This document shows, one piece after another, positions 37,054 to 50,124 of a stretch of DNA of 64,000 nt. The notes under the pieces are model-generated. The model was not told the DNA's origin, did no database searches, and saw only the letters and a list, made by a program, of their open reading frames with translations. Position 1 is the first letter of the stretch, and the number at the start of each line of letters is the position of its first letter. Both the position numbers and the translations under genes were made by a program. Origin of the DNA: Octopus sinensis (Eukaryota); NCBI RefSeq assembly GCF_006345805.1, contig NC_043003.1, forward strand, positions 116,188,001-116,252,000, read 5' to 3'.

Positions 37054-37462
37054 TACTCTTACTCTTTTACTTGTTTCAGTCATTTGACTGCGGCCATGCT
37101 GGAGCACTGCCTTTTAATCGAGCAAATCGACCCCGGGACTTATTATTTTGTAAGCCCAGTACTTATTCTATCGGTCTCTTTTGCCGAACCGCTAAGTAAC
37201 GGGGATATAAACACACCAGCATCGGTTGTCAAGCAATGCTAGGGGGACAAACACAGACACACAATCACACGCACGCATATATATATGTACATATATACGA
37301 CGGGCTTCTTTCAGTTTCCGTCTACCAAATCCACTGACAAGGCTTTGGTCGGCCCGAGGCTATAGTAGAAGACACTTGCCCAAGGTGCCACGCAGTGGGA
37401 CTGAACCCGGAACCATGTGGTTGGTAAACAAGCTACTTACCACAGAGCCACACTTGCGCCTA
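37054..37462 (-). mobile_element. SINE S3
   Basis: Reverse complement of the 28297-28715 consensus. Confidence 0.9.
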
Positions 37463-37723
37463 TGTTTGGGTTCATCAGTAAAATTCCATGAATCAGACAT
37501 TTTAAGTCCAACTAACGAGTATCGGGTTTTTAAGTTTCACTTGCATAGTGAATATCTTGCTTATTTGCCAAACATTGCACGCGAGACAGTGTAATAAAAA
37601 AAATACTCATTTCGCATGATGTGGGATAAATCACAACTGGTTTTGAACATCTGAATAGGTATCTCATTTTGTTGAATAAATAGTCCTAATCCAGTTTACT
37701 TTGTTTACTTGTATATTAAAAGT

Positions 37724-38132
37724 CAGGAGTGGCTGTGTGGTAAGTAGCTTGTTTACCAACCACATGGTTCCGGGTTCAGTCCCACTGCGTGGTATATTGG
37801 GCAAGTGTCTTCTACTATAGCCTCGGGCCAACCAAAGCCTTATTAGTGGATTTGGTAGACGGAAGCTGAAAGAAGACCGTCATATATATGTATATATGTA
37901 TATGTATGTGTGTGTATATGTTTTTGTGTCTGTGTTTGTCCCACCCCAACATTGCTTGACACCTGATGCTGGTATGTTTACGTCTCCGTAGCTTAGCGTT
38001 TCGGCAAAAGAGACCGATAGAATAAGTGCTAGGCTTACAAAGAATTGCCCTGGGGTCGATTTGCTCGACTAAAGGCGGTGCTCCAGCATGGCCACATCAA
38101 ATGACTGAAACAAGTAAAAGAGTAAAAGAGTA
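37724..38132 (+). mobile_element. SINE S3
   Basis: Matches 28297-28715. Confidence 0.9.
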
Positions 38133-39689
38133 TCAACCTAGTATCGGAGAGTTCCAGTCTATTAATCGTAACCGTATCTAAGCGATTTATGAGAAATTAT
38201 ATTCATTCCCTACTCATTTTCCCCTGTTTAATGGAAACAGATTTGCTGTTGCAGTCTCAATAGGGGACAGAAATTTATAGTATTCCATAATAACTTTATA
38301 TTCAATGAATCACTTTTCAGGTCAAATCTTATATACAAAACGTCTCACCTAACGATGTGCTGGTACACAGCTATTGTTAGATCACATTAATGAAATAATG
38401 TGTAAAATATTCGAAGCACTCAGCAATTACCAGCTGGTACTAATGATCTTATTATAAGAGTACTCTATAAGATGTATGTTCGAAGTGCTTCGATATTCCG
38501 TGCAATATATTATATAGATTTTTTCACCTCTTATCCTTTTATCAATTTTGCGTCCTCGAGACATTTTACAAGGTTTCTGTTACTGCGGAACTAAATGAGA
38601 AGATTATCCTGAGGTCGGTGCCATGTCGTGAAAGTGTGCCATTGCGTGGATTTTCGTTAAGGCAAACAAGACCCACCTTATAATTTAGATATACTAAAGT
38701 GATTATCGACAGGAAGAAAAGTATTCTCTGATATAGTGTATGAATCTAGAGTCAAATGTTTTGACGCGTTGCCAATAATCCAGTCTCCGTTCACTCACAT
38801 TTAATTTTCATTTTATTCACTCATTATTTTCTTCCCCTTTTAATCACACCTAACTGTTACAATATGACATACTACTACTAATAGCTCAGGCATGAAAATC
38901 GTACCCATTAAAGCTATGAAATTCCAGCAGACATGAAACTTCAGTAAATTGTCAGAAATCAACAAAGCGAAGAAGACGCAATTAAAACATTAAATACTGG
39001 TCGTTCTTGAAACATCATTACACATAAGTGACTTTTTTTTATATTATTACAAACATCAAAAGTCATTTCAATAACTACATTTCCTTGGCTGTTTTACTTT
39101 TATTTTTTTATTGTGTGTTTCTCTCTCTCTCTCTTGCAGGATGTTAAGCAAGACAAACAAACCAACCCGATAAAAAAATTTGAAGATATATTAAACGGAA
39201 AGTTTCCACAGACCCATTCAATTATAGTGTTACGGTTGAAAAATTTTTGTCTAAGGTTGACTGGCCAGTCGCACTTAGTCGCAATTTATATTCAATAGAA
39301 TAAGAAATTATTTTTTTCAAACATCGAATATTTACTCAAATTAATTACAATAATAAAAGTATTTTAATATTGACAGAAGTACAAAATTTAGCGGTGGTCA
39401 GGTGTAATCGATTAAATGGGCCTCGACACATTACTGGTACTATGTTATCGATCAAAATCAGTGTCAATTTCAACAGTTTAAGAAGTTTAAAATTACCATA
39501 TAAATTGTCAGCAAGTAAGACATTGCATCATTTTACTGTATCAAAGATTCCGGTCTTTAATAATCCAAGTCTTTGTACTCAGATACAACCGCAAACAATT
39601 TATAGGAATGTCGTAATTTTAATATATGTCCCATGGGATTTAGAGGCTATTCGTTTTGGCTCTATGTGAAAGCGAGTGTCGTAGTGTTT

Positions 39690-39919
39690 GCGACGAGCTG
39701 GCAGAATCGTTAGCACGCCGGGCGAAATGCGTAGCCGTATTTCGTCTGCCGTTACGTTCTGAGTTCAAATTCCGCCGAGGTCGACTTTGCCTTTCATCCT
39801 TTCGGGGTCGATAAATTAAGTACCAGTTACGCACTGGGGTCGATGTAATCGACTTGATACCTATGTCTGTCTTTGTTTGTCCCCTCTGTGTTTAGCCCTT
39901 TGTGGGTAATAAAGAAATA
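39690..39919 (+). mobile_element. SINE S1 nested in the head of an older SINE (head B, tail Y; about 39668-40170)
   Basis: After the S1 tail the sequence continues GGTATTCGGCTCACGATTGTAA.., matching the 41786 family. Confidence 0.85.
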
Positions 39920-40662
39920 GGTATTCGGCTCACGATTGTAATGTCTTGTGTGTTTAAGATCTTCCAGCGTGCTCTGTCCTTAAGCAAGGCACTCTATTTC
40001 ACGTTGCTCCAATCCACTTAGCTAGCAAAAATGAGTTGTACCTGTGTCACATTCTGTGTCACACTGAATCTCGCCCAGAGCTATGTTAAGATTACGCGTG
40101 TCTGAGAAGTAATCAACCGACTTGCACGTTTATTTCACGAGCAGACTGTTTCTATGATCGGATCAAAAGTGTCAGTTTTACTTTATTTTTGCTATGTAAT
40201 AATATCACTACTAATAATAAACAGCATTATACAAAATTATTAGATCCCATCACCAACAATTTCTGTAGGTGACAGTCAGTCAAATATACACGAGTTTAAG
40301 TTACAGCTCTTTCCTATCTCAAATACGGGAAGTCGGTGCTGATCTAATTGGAACTAAATTGTTAATTAAGCATTAAGCAAAATGTCATAATATATGTAAC
40401 AAATCAAATTGTCTCCATTACGTCACGATTCCAGATGAATCTGTGCTGCTTCAAAAGTATATTATTCTCACTTAAATGTTTGGTAAGACAGGAACATTCA
40501 AGTTAATGCAAAACACTCATATTTTCTGACATATATTTAAACTGCTGTTTTACAACTTAAGGCCATCTGTGAATCAACATATGTATGCATGTATGTATGT
40601 ATGTATATATGTATATATATATATATACCTATCTATCTCTCTATCTCTCTCTCTCTCTCTCT

Positions 40663-40707
<45 letters not shown>

Positions 40708-40715
40708 ATTATATA

Positions 40716-40751
<36 letters not shown>

Positions 40752-40752
<1 letters not shown>

Positions 40753-40863
40753 TGGCCTGCTCGCTTAGCCAATGTGGTGGCGTCATTCGAAGGCTAAAAC
40801 AATGCGAACGCATTGTGACCAGCGATGTGTAACAACATCTGATGGTCTGGTCGGTCACGTGAT

Positions 40864-40870
<7 letters not shown>
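40752..40870 (+). repeat. 120-bp (TA)n-embedded structured repeat, copy 2, ending TCACGTGATCACGTGA
   Basis: Homologous to 22763-22884; several hairpins. Confidence 0.8.
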
Positions 40871-40938
<68 letters not shown>

Positions 40939-41785
40939 TACCAGAGGAAAATATTAATTAAATAAGGAAGGCTTACAATGTAAGTTTTCAAAAATTCTTC
41001 CATTTAAAGACAAACATGCCACACCATGTTGATTCCATTTTGTACCATGAATGCTTTTTAAACATTAATGCGTATATTGATTTCATTCTCAATATTCAAA
41101 CATTATAATCGGCTCAAAACGAACTTTCCGTTCTTGATTTTTATTAACACGTCATTTTCCACTAGTTTCTACGTTTAAACGCAACTTAGACACTGACAAC
41201 ATTTGAAACCAATTTTTGTTCAAATTACTCTCGCCATTTCTACAGCGCTATGCATTTCTCTCGTTGCAGAGGCATTTAAAAATCATTTGTGTTGTGTTAT
41301 CTGGTAGAGAGATTATACAAGCGCAATCGAAAACACATTTCCTAAGAGGATTTATCAAAAAATGAATATAAATTTGCAAAATTCATTTTTTAGATCGCAG
41401 TTAATAGACTCACAACAATAAGTAATTTCTCTCATTTGTGGTAGCAGTCTCACAGAGAAATAATCACTTGCGAACGAAAACACGCTTTTCATAAAGTATA
41501 CATGCAGGTTTATATCGTGGAAGATAAAACTAGCAAATCCTTGCTTTATGAGATCCGGTCACAAATGAAGATGTGTGCGTGCATATGTATGGATGGATGG
41601 ATGTGCGTATGCCTGTATGTAGGTATATATAGATGTGTGACAGAGAGCGATAGTGGATGTGATTAATCAACGACAAAAAATAAAGGATGTATGAGAAAAT
41701 TTAAATTGAGACTCTGAAGATCGCAATTTTCCAAACTGAAGAATTAAATTATGCTGCAAATGATGTTTACTATTTATAATGTTTG

Positions 41786-42108
41786 TGAGGGCGCGTGGCT
41801 TAGTGGTTAGGGCATCCGGCTCATGATCGTAAGGTTGTGAGTTCGATTCCCGGCGACGCGTTGTGTCCTTGAGCAAGACACTTTATTTCACGTTGCTCCA
41901 GTCCACTCAGCTGGCAAAAATGAGTTGTACTTGTATTTCAAAGGGTCAGCCTTGTCACTCTCTGTGTCACGCTGAATATCCCCGAGAACTACGTTATGGG
42001 TACACGTGTCTGTGGAATGCTCAGCCATTTGCACGTTAATTTCACGAGCAAGCTGTTCCATTGATCGTATCAGCTGGGACCCTCGTCGTCGTAACCGGCG
42101 GAGTCTTT
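41786..42108 (+). mobile_element. Young tRNA-derived SINE (head B, tail Y) with 13-bp TSD
   Basis: TGGCTTAGTGG and GAGTTCGATTCC boxes; TSD ATTTATAATGTTT at 41772-41784 / 42111-42123; near-identical to 59407-59729. Confidence 0.95.
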
Positions 42109-42670
42109 AAATTTATAATGTTTATATTTATATAAGTACACACAACTTATTTCCTGTTAAAAGAAGAAAAGAAAATGGAGATAAGGAAGTTAGCAATTAT
42201 TCATTATTAACAATTTGGTCATCATCGCTTCTTATAGCCGTTTCTATTAATATTCAACAATTTAATTACAAATGTGTTCACGTGGACTTGTGAATTGATA
42301 GGTCCACATATAAAATCCCACCTACATCTCTTTTTTTTCTCTCTGACGAATTTATGCTCATGTCACATAAATGCAAATTTCTTGTACAAAGTTGTAATTA
42401 AATTATTGAGTGTTAATTGAAAAGGCTGTAAGAAGCAACGATGACCAATTTGTTCATAATAAATAATTGTCAACTAATTTATTTCCATTTTCGTTTCTTC
42501 CTTTAACTGGATAGAAACTATAGGCTTAATATAAACCTATTGTTTTAAGGGAAGTTCATTGCCCAACAACACTAAGTATTGAACCCTTTGCGAGGTTAAC
42601 ATATCCTCCAATTATATATATATATATATATATATATAACCATTATCGGTAGGAACTTTTTAATAAAAAG

Positions 42671-42783
<113 letters not shown>

Positions 42784-42959
42784 TAGATAAAAAGGGAAAG
42801 CAACAGGTTGCTTAGCTAGATACCGAAAAATTAGAAATAGCAGTCAAAGACCGCAAATTTCTTTTTCTACAAATATAACTCCACATATAACATATACATG
42901 TAACTCACATATGTAAAGCTGACAGAAAAATAGCGAAAACAAAGTCTTCGGTTAGTTAC

Positions 42960-43036
<77 letters not shown>

Positions 43037-43041
<5 letters not shown>

Positions 43042-43240
43042 TAATCCAAACATGAAAACACAAAGAGAAAACACAACGCGATGACGTGGAACAAGTATAT
43101 TATTATTGGACGCTCAGGAAAGAAGGAAAGAAGGACGGTTTAACGTTTCGAGCGGAGCTCTTCGTCAGAAACATAGGAAAAGGAAAGATCCAAAGAAGGG
43201 AAGACGGGGAAAATCGCCAACGGTACACACGCTGTCATAT
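43037..43240 (-). mobile_element. Penelope-like terminal fragment, family H-CG
   Basis: Homologous to 22276-22453; flanked by (TA)n. Confidence 0.75.
43138..43172 (-). ncRNA. Minimal type I hammerhead ribozyme motif with intact core
   Basis: GUUU-CUGACGA-A-GAGC(UCC)GCUC-GAAAC-GUU-AAAC. Confidence 0.7.
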
Positions 43241-43250
43241 TTTATATATG

Positions 43251-43283
<33 letters not shown>

Positions 43284-43304
43284 CATATATATATATATAT
43301 ACAC

Positions 43305-43377
<73 letters not shown>

Positions 43378-43381
43378 TATA

Positions 43382-43588
43382 TGAGATGCAGCACGGATTT
43401 TTGTCAGTGAACAGGTCGCGGATTTTAGCGACGAAAATATTTTGACAAATTAAACTTAAATGTTGAAGTGAATCGAACGGCTTTTGTGTGTTTCTTAAAT
43501 GGCTTATAAACACCTTCCACGCTGCAATTGTCTTCGTTTCAGCACACGATCTCAGATCAAATTACTTGCTATGCGAGTACATCTCCGT
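43382..43588 (+). mobile_element. 210-bp (TA)n-embedded element, family H-GC monomer
   Basis: GAGATGCAGCACGG...TACATCTCC; same family as 2729-3059. Confidence 0.85.
43400..43449 (+). ncRNA. Hammerhead-like fold with swapped G3:C8 core
   Basis: UUUGUCA-GUGAACA-G-GUCGC(GGAUUUUA)GCGAC-GAAAA-UA-UUU-UGACAAA. Confidence 0.5.
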
Positions 43589-43589
43589 A

Positions 43590-43631
<42 letters not shown>

Positions 43632-45653
43632 ACATACGTGCTATGAATTGCAACATATTCATATACAAATGCATGCACGCACGCACACACACATATATCA
43701 ACCTGACCCTTCATCTATGTGCAAGAACCTATATATTTACATATTCTGTGCAACGTTCTTAGCTGTGCATATTGTTAAGTGTTTTTTTTAAACACTGTAC
43801 TTTAGGGTTTGTATTTTCTGGTCTATTTCTCAACATTAAATATCTTCTATTAGAAAAATCTTGACAGAAACATTATCTTCTGTATTCCTCATATAAACGT
43901 CAATGAAGAATTATCGGTTATATTTTTCCATTATTCCATCTTTCTGTTTTGTTATTATTTTATTATTTTCGGAAGTTTTGTTCAATGATAATGGAAACAA
44001 AGGATTCGCTTTGTTTCATTTTTAAATATAACTATACAAAAATACCTTTTAAATCTCCGAAAGGTTGTATATCACGAAAGTCTTTACTTGTAGTTTCTTT
44101 TTTCTTTTTTTTTATAACTTTGTTTGAGGAAAGCATGCTTGAAAACGAGCATAACTTTACAGACGTAGTTCTTGTCAACTTAATAACCTTTTCCATGCAG
44201 AAATTTAGACAGAAGCGGCAAACATTTAACGTTTCCGGATTTCATTTTCTACTTTTGAAAACTGTAGACAGAATTGGTACTTGTAGCCAAATTAGCGGAA
44301 GAGAGTTTAAAGCAAGACATGCCATGTCAAGATTTGCAACGATATTTGCAGGCAATACCATTTTACTTCCTGAAATATTTTCAATACTAATCGTGGTATT
44401 TAGCTACAGGTAAAAGCAAAATATCTAACCATCTGAATGACGGGGAAGTAAGAGCAAAAATATATCTGACATTTAGAGCCAATTCTGTTAAAAGATCATG
44501 GCATTCAATGTTCTATATTATTTCAAATCATACAGTTAAATATTGATAGTTAAATGAGTCTAGTCTCAAATATAGATTTGTTTCTATTTTTCTATTTAGA
44601 TGTATCATCTACAAAACCAGCTTATGAATTATTGACTAGTAAACATATATATGTATAAATCTTACGTTGACAAAATTGCATGGCCATTTTCCGTCACCGT
44701 TTGATAGAAAGAAACATTCACTTTTAATGTTCAAATCAAAGACAGATAATATAAAATGCTGAATATTTCGGATTTTCATCAATTAAGTATATAAATAACT
44801 TCGGTCATAAATTAAGTGATAGTTAATTAATGCAAATAAAGTTATAATGGAGTTCACTGGAGATGAATGAAACACCTTTATGAGTGAGGGGTATCTTTAT
44901 TCTCCGAATGAGATATGAAATCGCAACATTGATTATAATCCAAAAGTATGATGTAAATAAGTATTAGTTCGAGGATATAAACCAACTGATGTCGGTTGAG
45001 TCGAACCTTAATGATAATTTACTTCAGTTTTGTGAAAATAAACAGTTGCATATTGAAAAGAATATATATATTTCAAACATTTATATTGCTTTGGTTGTGT
45101 GGGCCAAATTGTGAGTCATACTTTTGGTTATACATTTACATGTGTTTGAGTTTGAAGGGATACAAAACAAATGCCGGAAGGAAAGAGAAGAAACAATTGA
45201 AACAAATCAATTCATTTACGCATCAAATTTCCCTCCCTAATTTATATGTAAAGAACTTTATCACGGTCAAGACAGAACCATTTGTACACACACGAACACA
45301 CACATACATATGCACACGCATACTCACACACGCACTTACATACACACAAACCCACAGGCACAAACGCACAGACATAAATACAAATGCGTAACTGTATGTA
45401 AGAACCTTCGGTAACTGTTTTGCACTGTAACCTCAGGTCGACTAACCGATATGGTAGACGGGAAGTGAATGTGTGTGTGATTGAGTATACACATATACAA
45501 AAATGTATATATGCACATACAGGCATACATATACGCATGTGTGAGTGTCTGTGTGTCTGTTTGTCGCCCAACACCGCTTGTCAACGTGTGTTGTTGTGTT
45601 TATATCCCCGTAATTTGGGGCTTCGGTGAAATAGACAGGTACAGAACATATCA

Positions 45654-45883
45654 GGCGGTGAGCTGGCTGAGATGTTAGAACGCCGGGAGAAATGCGTAGA
45701 CGTATTTCATCTGCCGTTACGTTCTGAGTTCAAATTCCGCTGAGGTCGACTTTGCCTTTCATCCTTTCGGGGTCGATTAAATAAGTACCAGTTACGCACT
45801 GGAGTCGATATAATCGACTTAATCCCTTTGTATGTCCTTGTTTGTCCTCTCTGTGTTTAGCGCCTTGTAGGTAGTAAAGAAAT
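45654..45883 (+). mobile_element. SINE S1 with 19-bp TSD, nested in an old S3 copy (about 45390-45995)
   Basis: TSD AGGTACAGAACATATCAGG (45637-45655) / AGGTACAGTACATATCAGG (45884-45902). Confidence 0.9.
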
Positions 45884-46298
45884 AGGTACAGTACATATCA
45901 GGTTTTAAAAACAACAAAAAGATAAAAACTGAGAGCTTCTTCAAGGTTGTACCCCCACATGGTCGCAATCTAATGACTGAAACAGGTAAAAGATATTCGA
46001 TAGATACTTTTCAAATGTGTTTGAAGCAATACCGAGCACCGACTACTACAATCTGTAATGAATACTTCCTTATTTATTTTCTAATTTGCAGGTGATACCG
46101 ACTATGTCTAGCAGCTAGCAGTCAAACAGATTTTTTTTCATTACTATTTACCAATGTCAGGTATAACAGATCACTTTCAAACATATTAATGGTCTATAAT
46201 ATTTTTAAGAACAAAAACAATGCTGAGAACCACAAATTGATAGAATATAGACACTGTCGATAGCATTATTACAAACACATCATATAATATAATATTAT

Positions 46299-46377
<79 letters not shown>

Positions 46378-46396
46378 CATAGATAGATACATAGAT

Positions 46397-46727
<331 letters not shown>

Positions 46728-46732
46728 CAGAC

Positions 46733-46791
<59 letters not shown>

Positions 46792-46794
46792 CAG

Positions 46795-49700
46795 ATATGT
46801 TTCTTTGTTTCTTTATTAGCCACACAGGGCTGCACACAGATAGAACAAATTACAAGGTAGAGCTTTTCTTTTGAAGGTTTAAAAAATAAAAAAAATAAAA
46901 AATAAAAAAATAAAATAAAAATAAAATAAAAAAGGGGGGGTCGATCAAAAGGGATCGTAAAAGGAGAGAAAGAGGACAAAAAAAAGGGGGGGTTAAAAAA
47001 AATGGGGGAGAGGAAAAAAATTGATCGTTACCACAGAAATGTCAATATGAAGTGTAAAGGGGAGGACAGGTGAGGTTTACCCGTGGAAAGAAAAGCCTAC
47101 GGAAAAGACCACGGTAACCTCGGTCAATGAAGTCACATGTTATATTTCTTTTTTTTTTTTTTTTTTTTGCAAATAAGCAACTCTCTGTATTAATTTTTAC
47201 GGTTCATAGAATCATAGTCAAGGTGGCTTCGTCATTCATACGTGCCATCCTTGCTACATTCACCCATCTTTTTTTAAAACATTCACTAGACAAAACTTGC
47301 CTCTCTACTCTCACTTTTTTCTTCAAGTGATACTTGAAGAAGTTGATGAGAGATTGACCAGAGAGGAAAGTGTTTGTCTCTAATCCTTTCAGACGCGTCC
47401 ACCAGATACATTCTTTCGCCATAGCCACAAGTATGATAAAAATAGCTCTTCCTTCCCGTTTGAAGGAAGGAGGCGTGACGATATTAACGATAGACTCGGC
47501 TGATAAACCGACACGTCCCACACGTGACAGCAGTCGTTCGACATAACCCACAGGTGGGAAATTGCTGGACACTGCACGATTGCGTGCAGAGCGGTTTCGT
47601 CGCTCTGCCCGCATCTCGGGCAGGTCGGCCCCGTGTTTCTCGAGCCATGCCTATAGAGCTTATCCCGAACGGGTAGCGCTTCTCGGTAGCACCGCCAGGC
47701 CAGGGATCTCTGGAAGTTGTCCATAGGTCCCGGGCCGAAAGTCGTTTGAAACAGGCGGGTCAGGTATTCCTCGTCGACGCCCAGGTTTGCCCCGAGCTCG
47801 TCGTCGTACCTCCCCTCCACTAATCCCCTATAGAATGCTTTGGTTGTGTTGAAGTCACTCAAGGTCGACCCGGGACGGCAGAGTTGCTTGAGAGCAACGC
47901 GACACTGGCGGTGCCATTCGCCCTTCTTCGGTCTCTTTTTGATCCACGACTGTAGTTCGGTCATGGAGACGAGTTGCGGGAATGCGTGCCTCACAAACGG
48001 CGACCACACCTGTTCACCGTCGTCTACATAGAGCCGGAGATGTCGCAGTCTCAGCGCGTGTCTGCGCATCATCAACCACGGCATGCCCAGCCCTCCTTTT
48101 AACGGGTGTTGACAGCAAATGGATCGCCTGACCATCGGGACGCATCCTTTCCACAAGAAGCGGAAGAGGATGCGTTCTAGTTTGGTGATGGTAGGGTCGG
48201 GACAAGGTACGACGGTCAGGCGGTAGTAGATGATGGACGCGATGTACGCGTTCACCACCTCCGCCCGACCTTTTAGGGACAGTTTCCTCTCGGCCCATTG
48301 CTGGGCGAGAGTGACCACCCTACTCGTTATCTCGTTCCAGTTCTTCTCCATTTGGAGGTCCGGACCGAACCAGACCCCGAGCAACTCAACCGGGCCGTCT
48401 GTCCAGCGTCCCACGACGGAGGTACTGGTGGACGGCATGGGCTTGCTTCTCCAGGTGCCGAGCCGTAAGCCCACTGACTTTTCCCGGTTGATTTTTGCTC
48501 CTGTCACCGCTTCGTAGTCTTTCAGTGTCTCGCCGACCCGCTCGATGTGCTCGTGGCTTGACACTATGACGGTAACGTCGTCCGCGTATGCAGACACGCT
48601 CGTCCCGCATCCTAATTCTCGCGGGATGCCCCTCAGAGTCGCCAGCTTCCGCAGTAGTGGCTCAAAGTCAATACGTATAGAAGCGCCGAGAGGGGGCATC
48701 CCTGACGGACCGAACGTGCAATGTCGAAGGGTCTCGATAGATGTCCATTTACGCGAATTACCGAACGGATGCCTCTGTACAAGGCAGCTATCCAGCCGCG
48801 GAAGACGGGACCGAAACCAGCCGCTCTCAGGACTGCCTCCAAGTATCGATGGTCTACCCTATCAAAGGCTTTCGATTGATCCAAGTTGATCAGGGCCCCA
48901 CCCATGCCAGGTTCGTTAACTACCCTGTCTATGATGTAGCGCATCAGATGGAGGTTGTCATGGATGCTCCGCCCGGCACGGCGCACGTTTGTGCGTTGTC
49001 GACCAGTTTCTCCATGACAAGCGCCAACCTCTTGGCTAACACCTTTGTCAAAATTTTCAGGTCTGCATTGAGCAGAGTGATTGGCCTAAAGTTATCTATA
49101 ATGTTTCCTTGTTTGGATCTTTCTTCAGCAGAGTTACAGCTCCTCGACTCACAAAACCGGGTATGCTCCCGTTTTGCTGCCAGTTGCAGTATACCGCTGC
49201 CAAGACGTCTCCAAACAAGTCTGGCATACAATAGTAAAATTCGTAGGGTAGACCATCCAAACCCGGTGATTTGTCCCTCGAGCATTCTGCCATCGCTTCC
49301 CGCACTTCCGCCGCCGTGATGGCACCTTCGCAGCACCCTGCCTTTCTTGTCGAGAGTCGTGGCAGGCTATGTAGGTAGGCACTGAAGTCTACCCTACGTT
49401 CTTGCCCTCCACTCGTCCCGAACAGTCGGGCAAAATGCTGCTGAAAGGCCTCACACATTTTACTTGGATCGAGCAATTCGCGCCCCTGTTCATCTACCAG
49501 TGACCGAATGGTGGCTTTGTTGCCCTGTTGCGCCTCTGCCACCCGGGCCTCTCTCGCGGCTCCAACACCTTCGTTCCTTAGAGCACGCATCCTAGCTCTG
49601 ACAGCACATCCTTCGTGTTTGGCGTTGAAGTGTTGGTCGAGGGCCAACCACGCCGCCAAAACGTCGGATGCGATGCCGCTTCTAATTGCCTCTTCTAGCT

Positions 49701-49947
49701 TCTTAACTAGCTCACCCTCTACTCTATTTCTATCTATGGCTAGTGCTTTGCTGTACCTAATCGCTTCTGCTTTTACTGCTCTCTTGAGGGCAAACCACCA
49801 TTTGTTGTTGATGATGGCTCCCGTCAAAGCCCTCTTTACTAGTGTGCTAATCCGGTCTCTGAAAACTTGTCTGGACGGGAATGATGCGTTCAGTTTCCAG
49901 TACCCAGGACCCTGTCTATGTGCCTTATCTAAGTCTAGCGTACACAT
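46795..49947 (-). mobile_element. 5'-truncated Tx1/L1-clade LINE: end of APE, RT, zinc-finger region and 3'UTR
   Basis: GPGYWKLNASF, RDKSPGLDGLPYEFY, NFRPITLLNADLKIL, INLDQSKAFDRVDH, SVRQGCPLS, SAYADDV, CPRCGQSDETALHAIVQC; overlapping ORFs joined by about four frameshifts; GC-rich relative to flanks; (TAGA)n on both sides. Confidence 0.95.
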
Positions 49948-50024
<77 letters not shown>

Positions 50025-50025
50025 C

Positions 50026-50124
<99 letters not shown>
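49948..50124. repeat. (TAGA)n microsatellite
   Basis: Direct reading. Confidence 0.95.

Noticed and set aside
38560-38700. Possible mariner YSPDLAP-like remnant on the minus strand
   Set aside because: Weak similarity only.
43525-43565. Second hammerhead on the minus strand of the 210-bp element (CUGAGA..GAAAC)
   Set aside because: Core lacks N7, and neither stem II nor stem I pairs.
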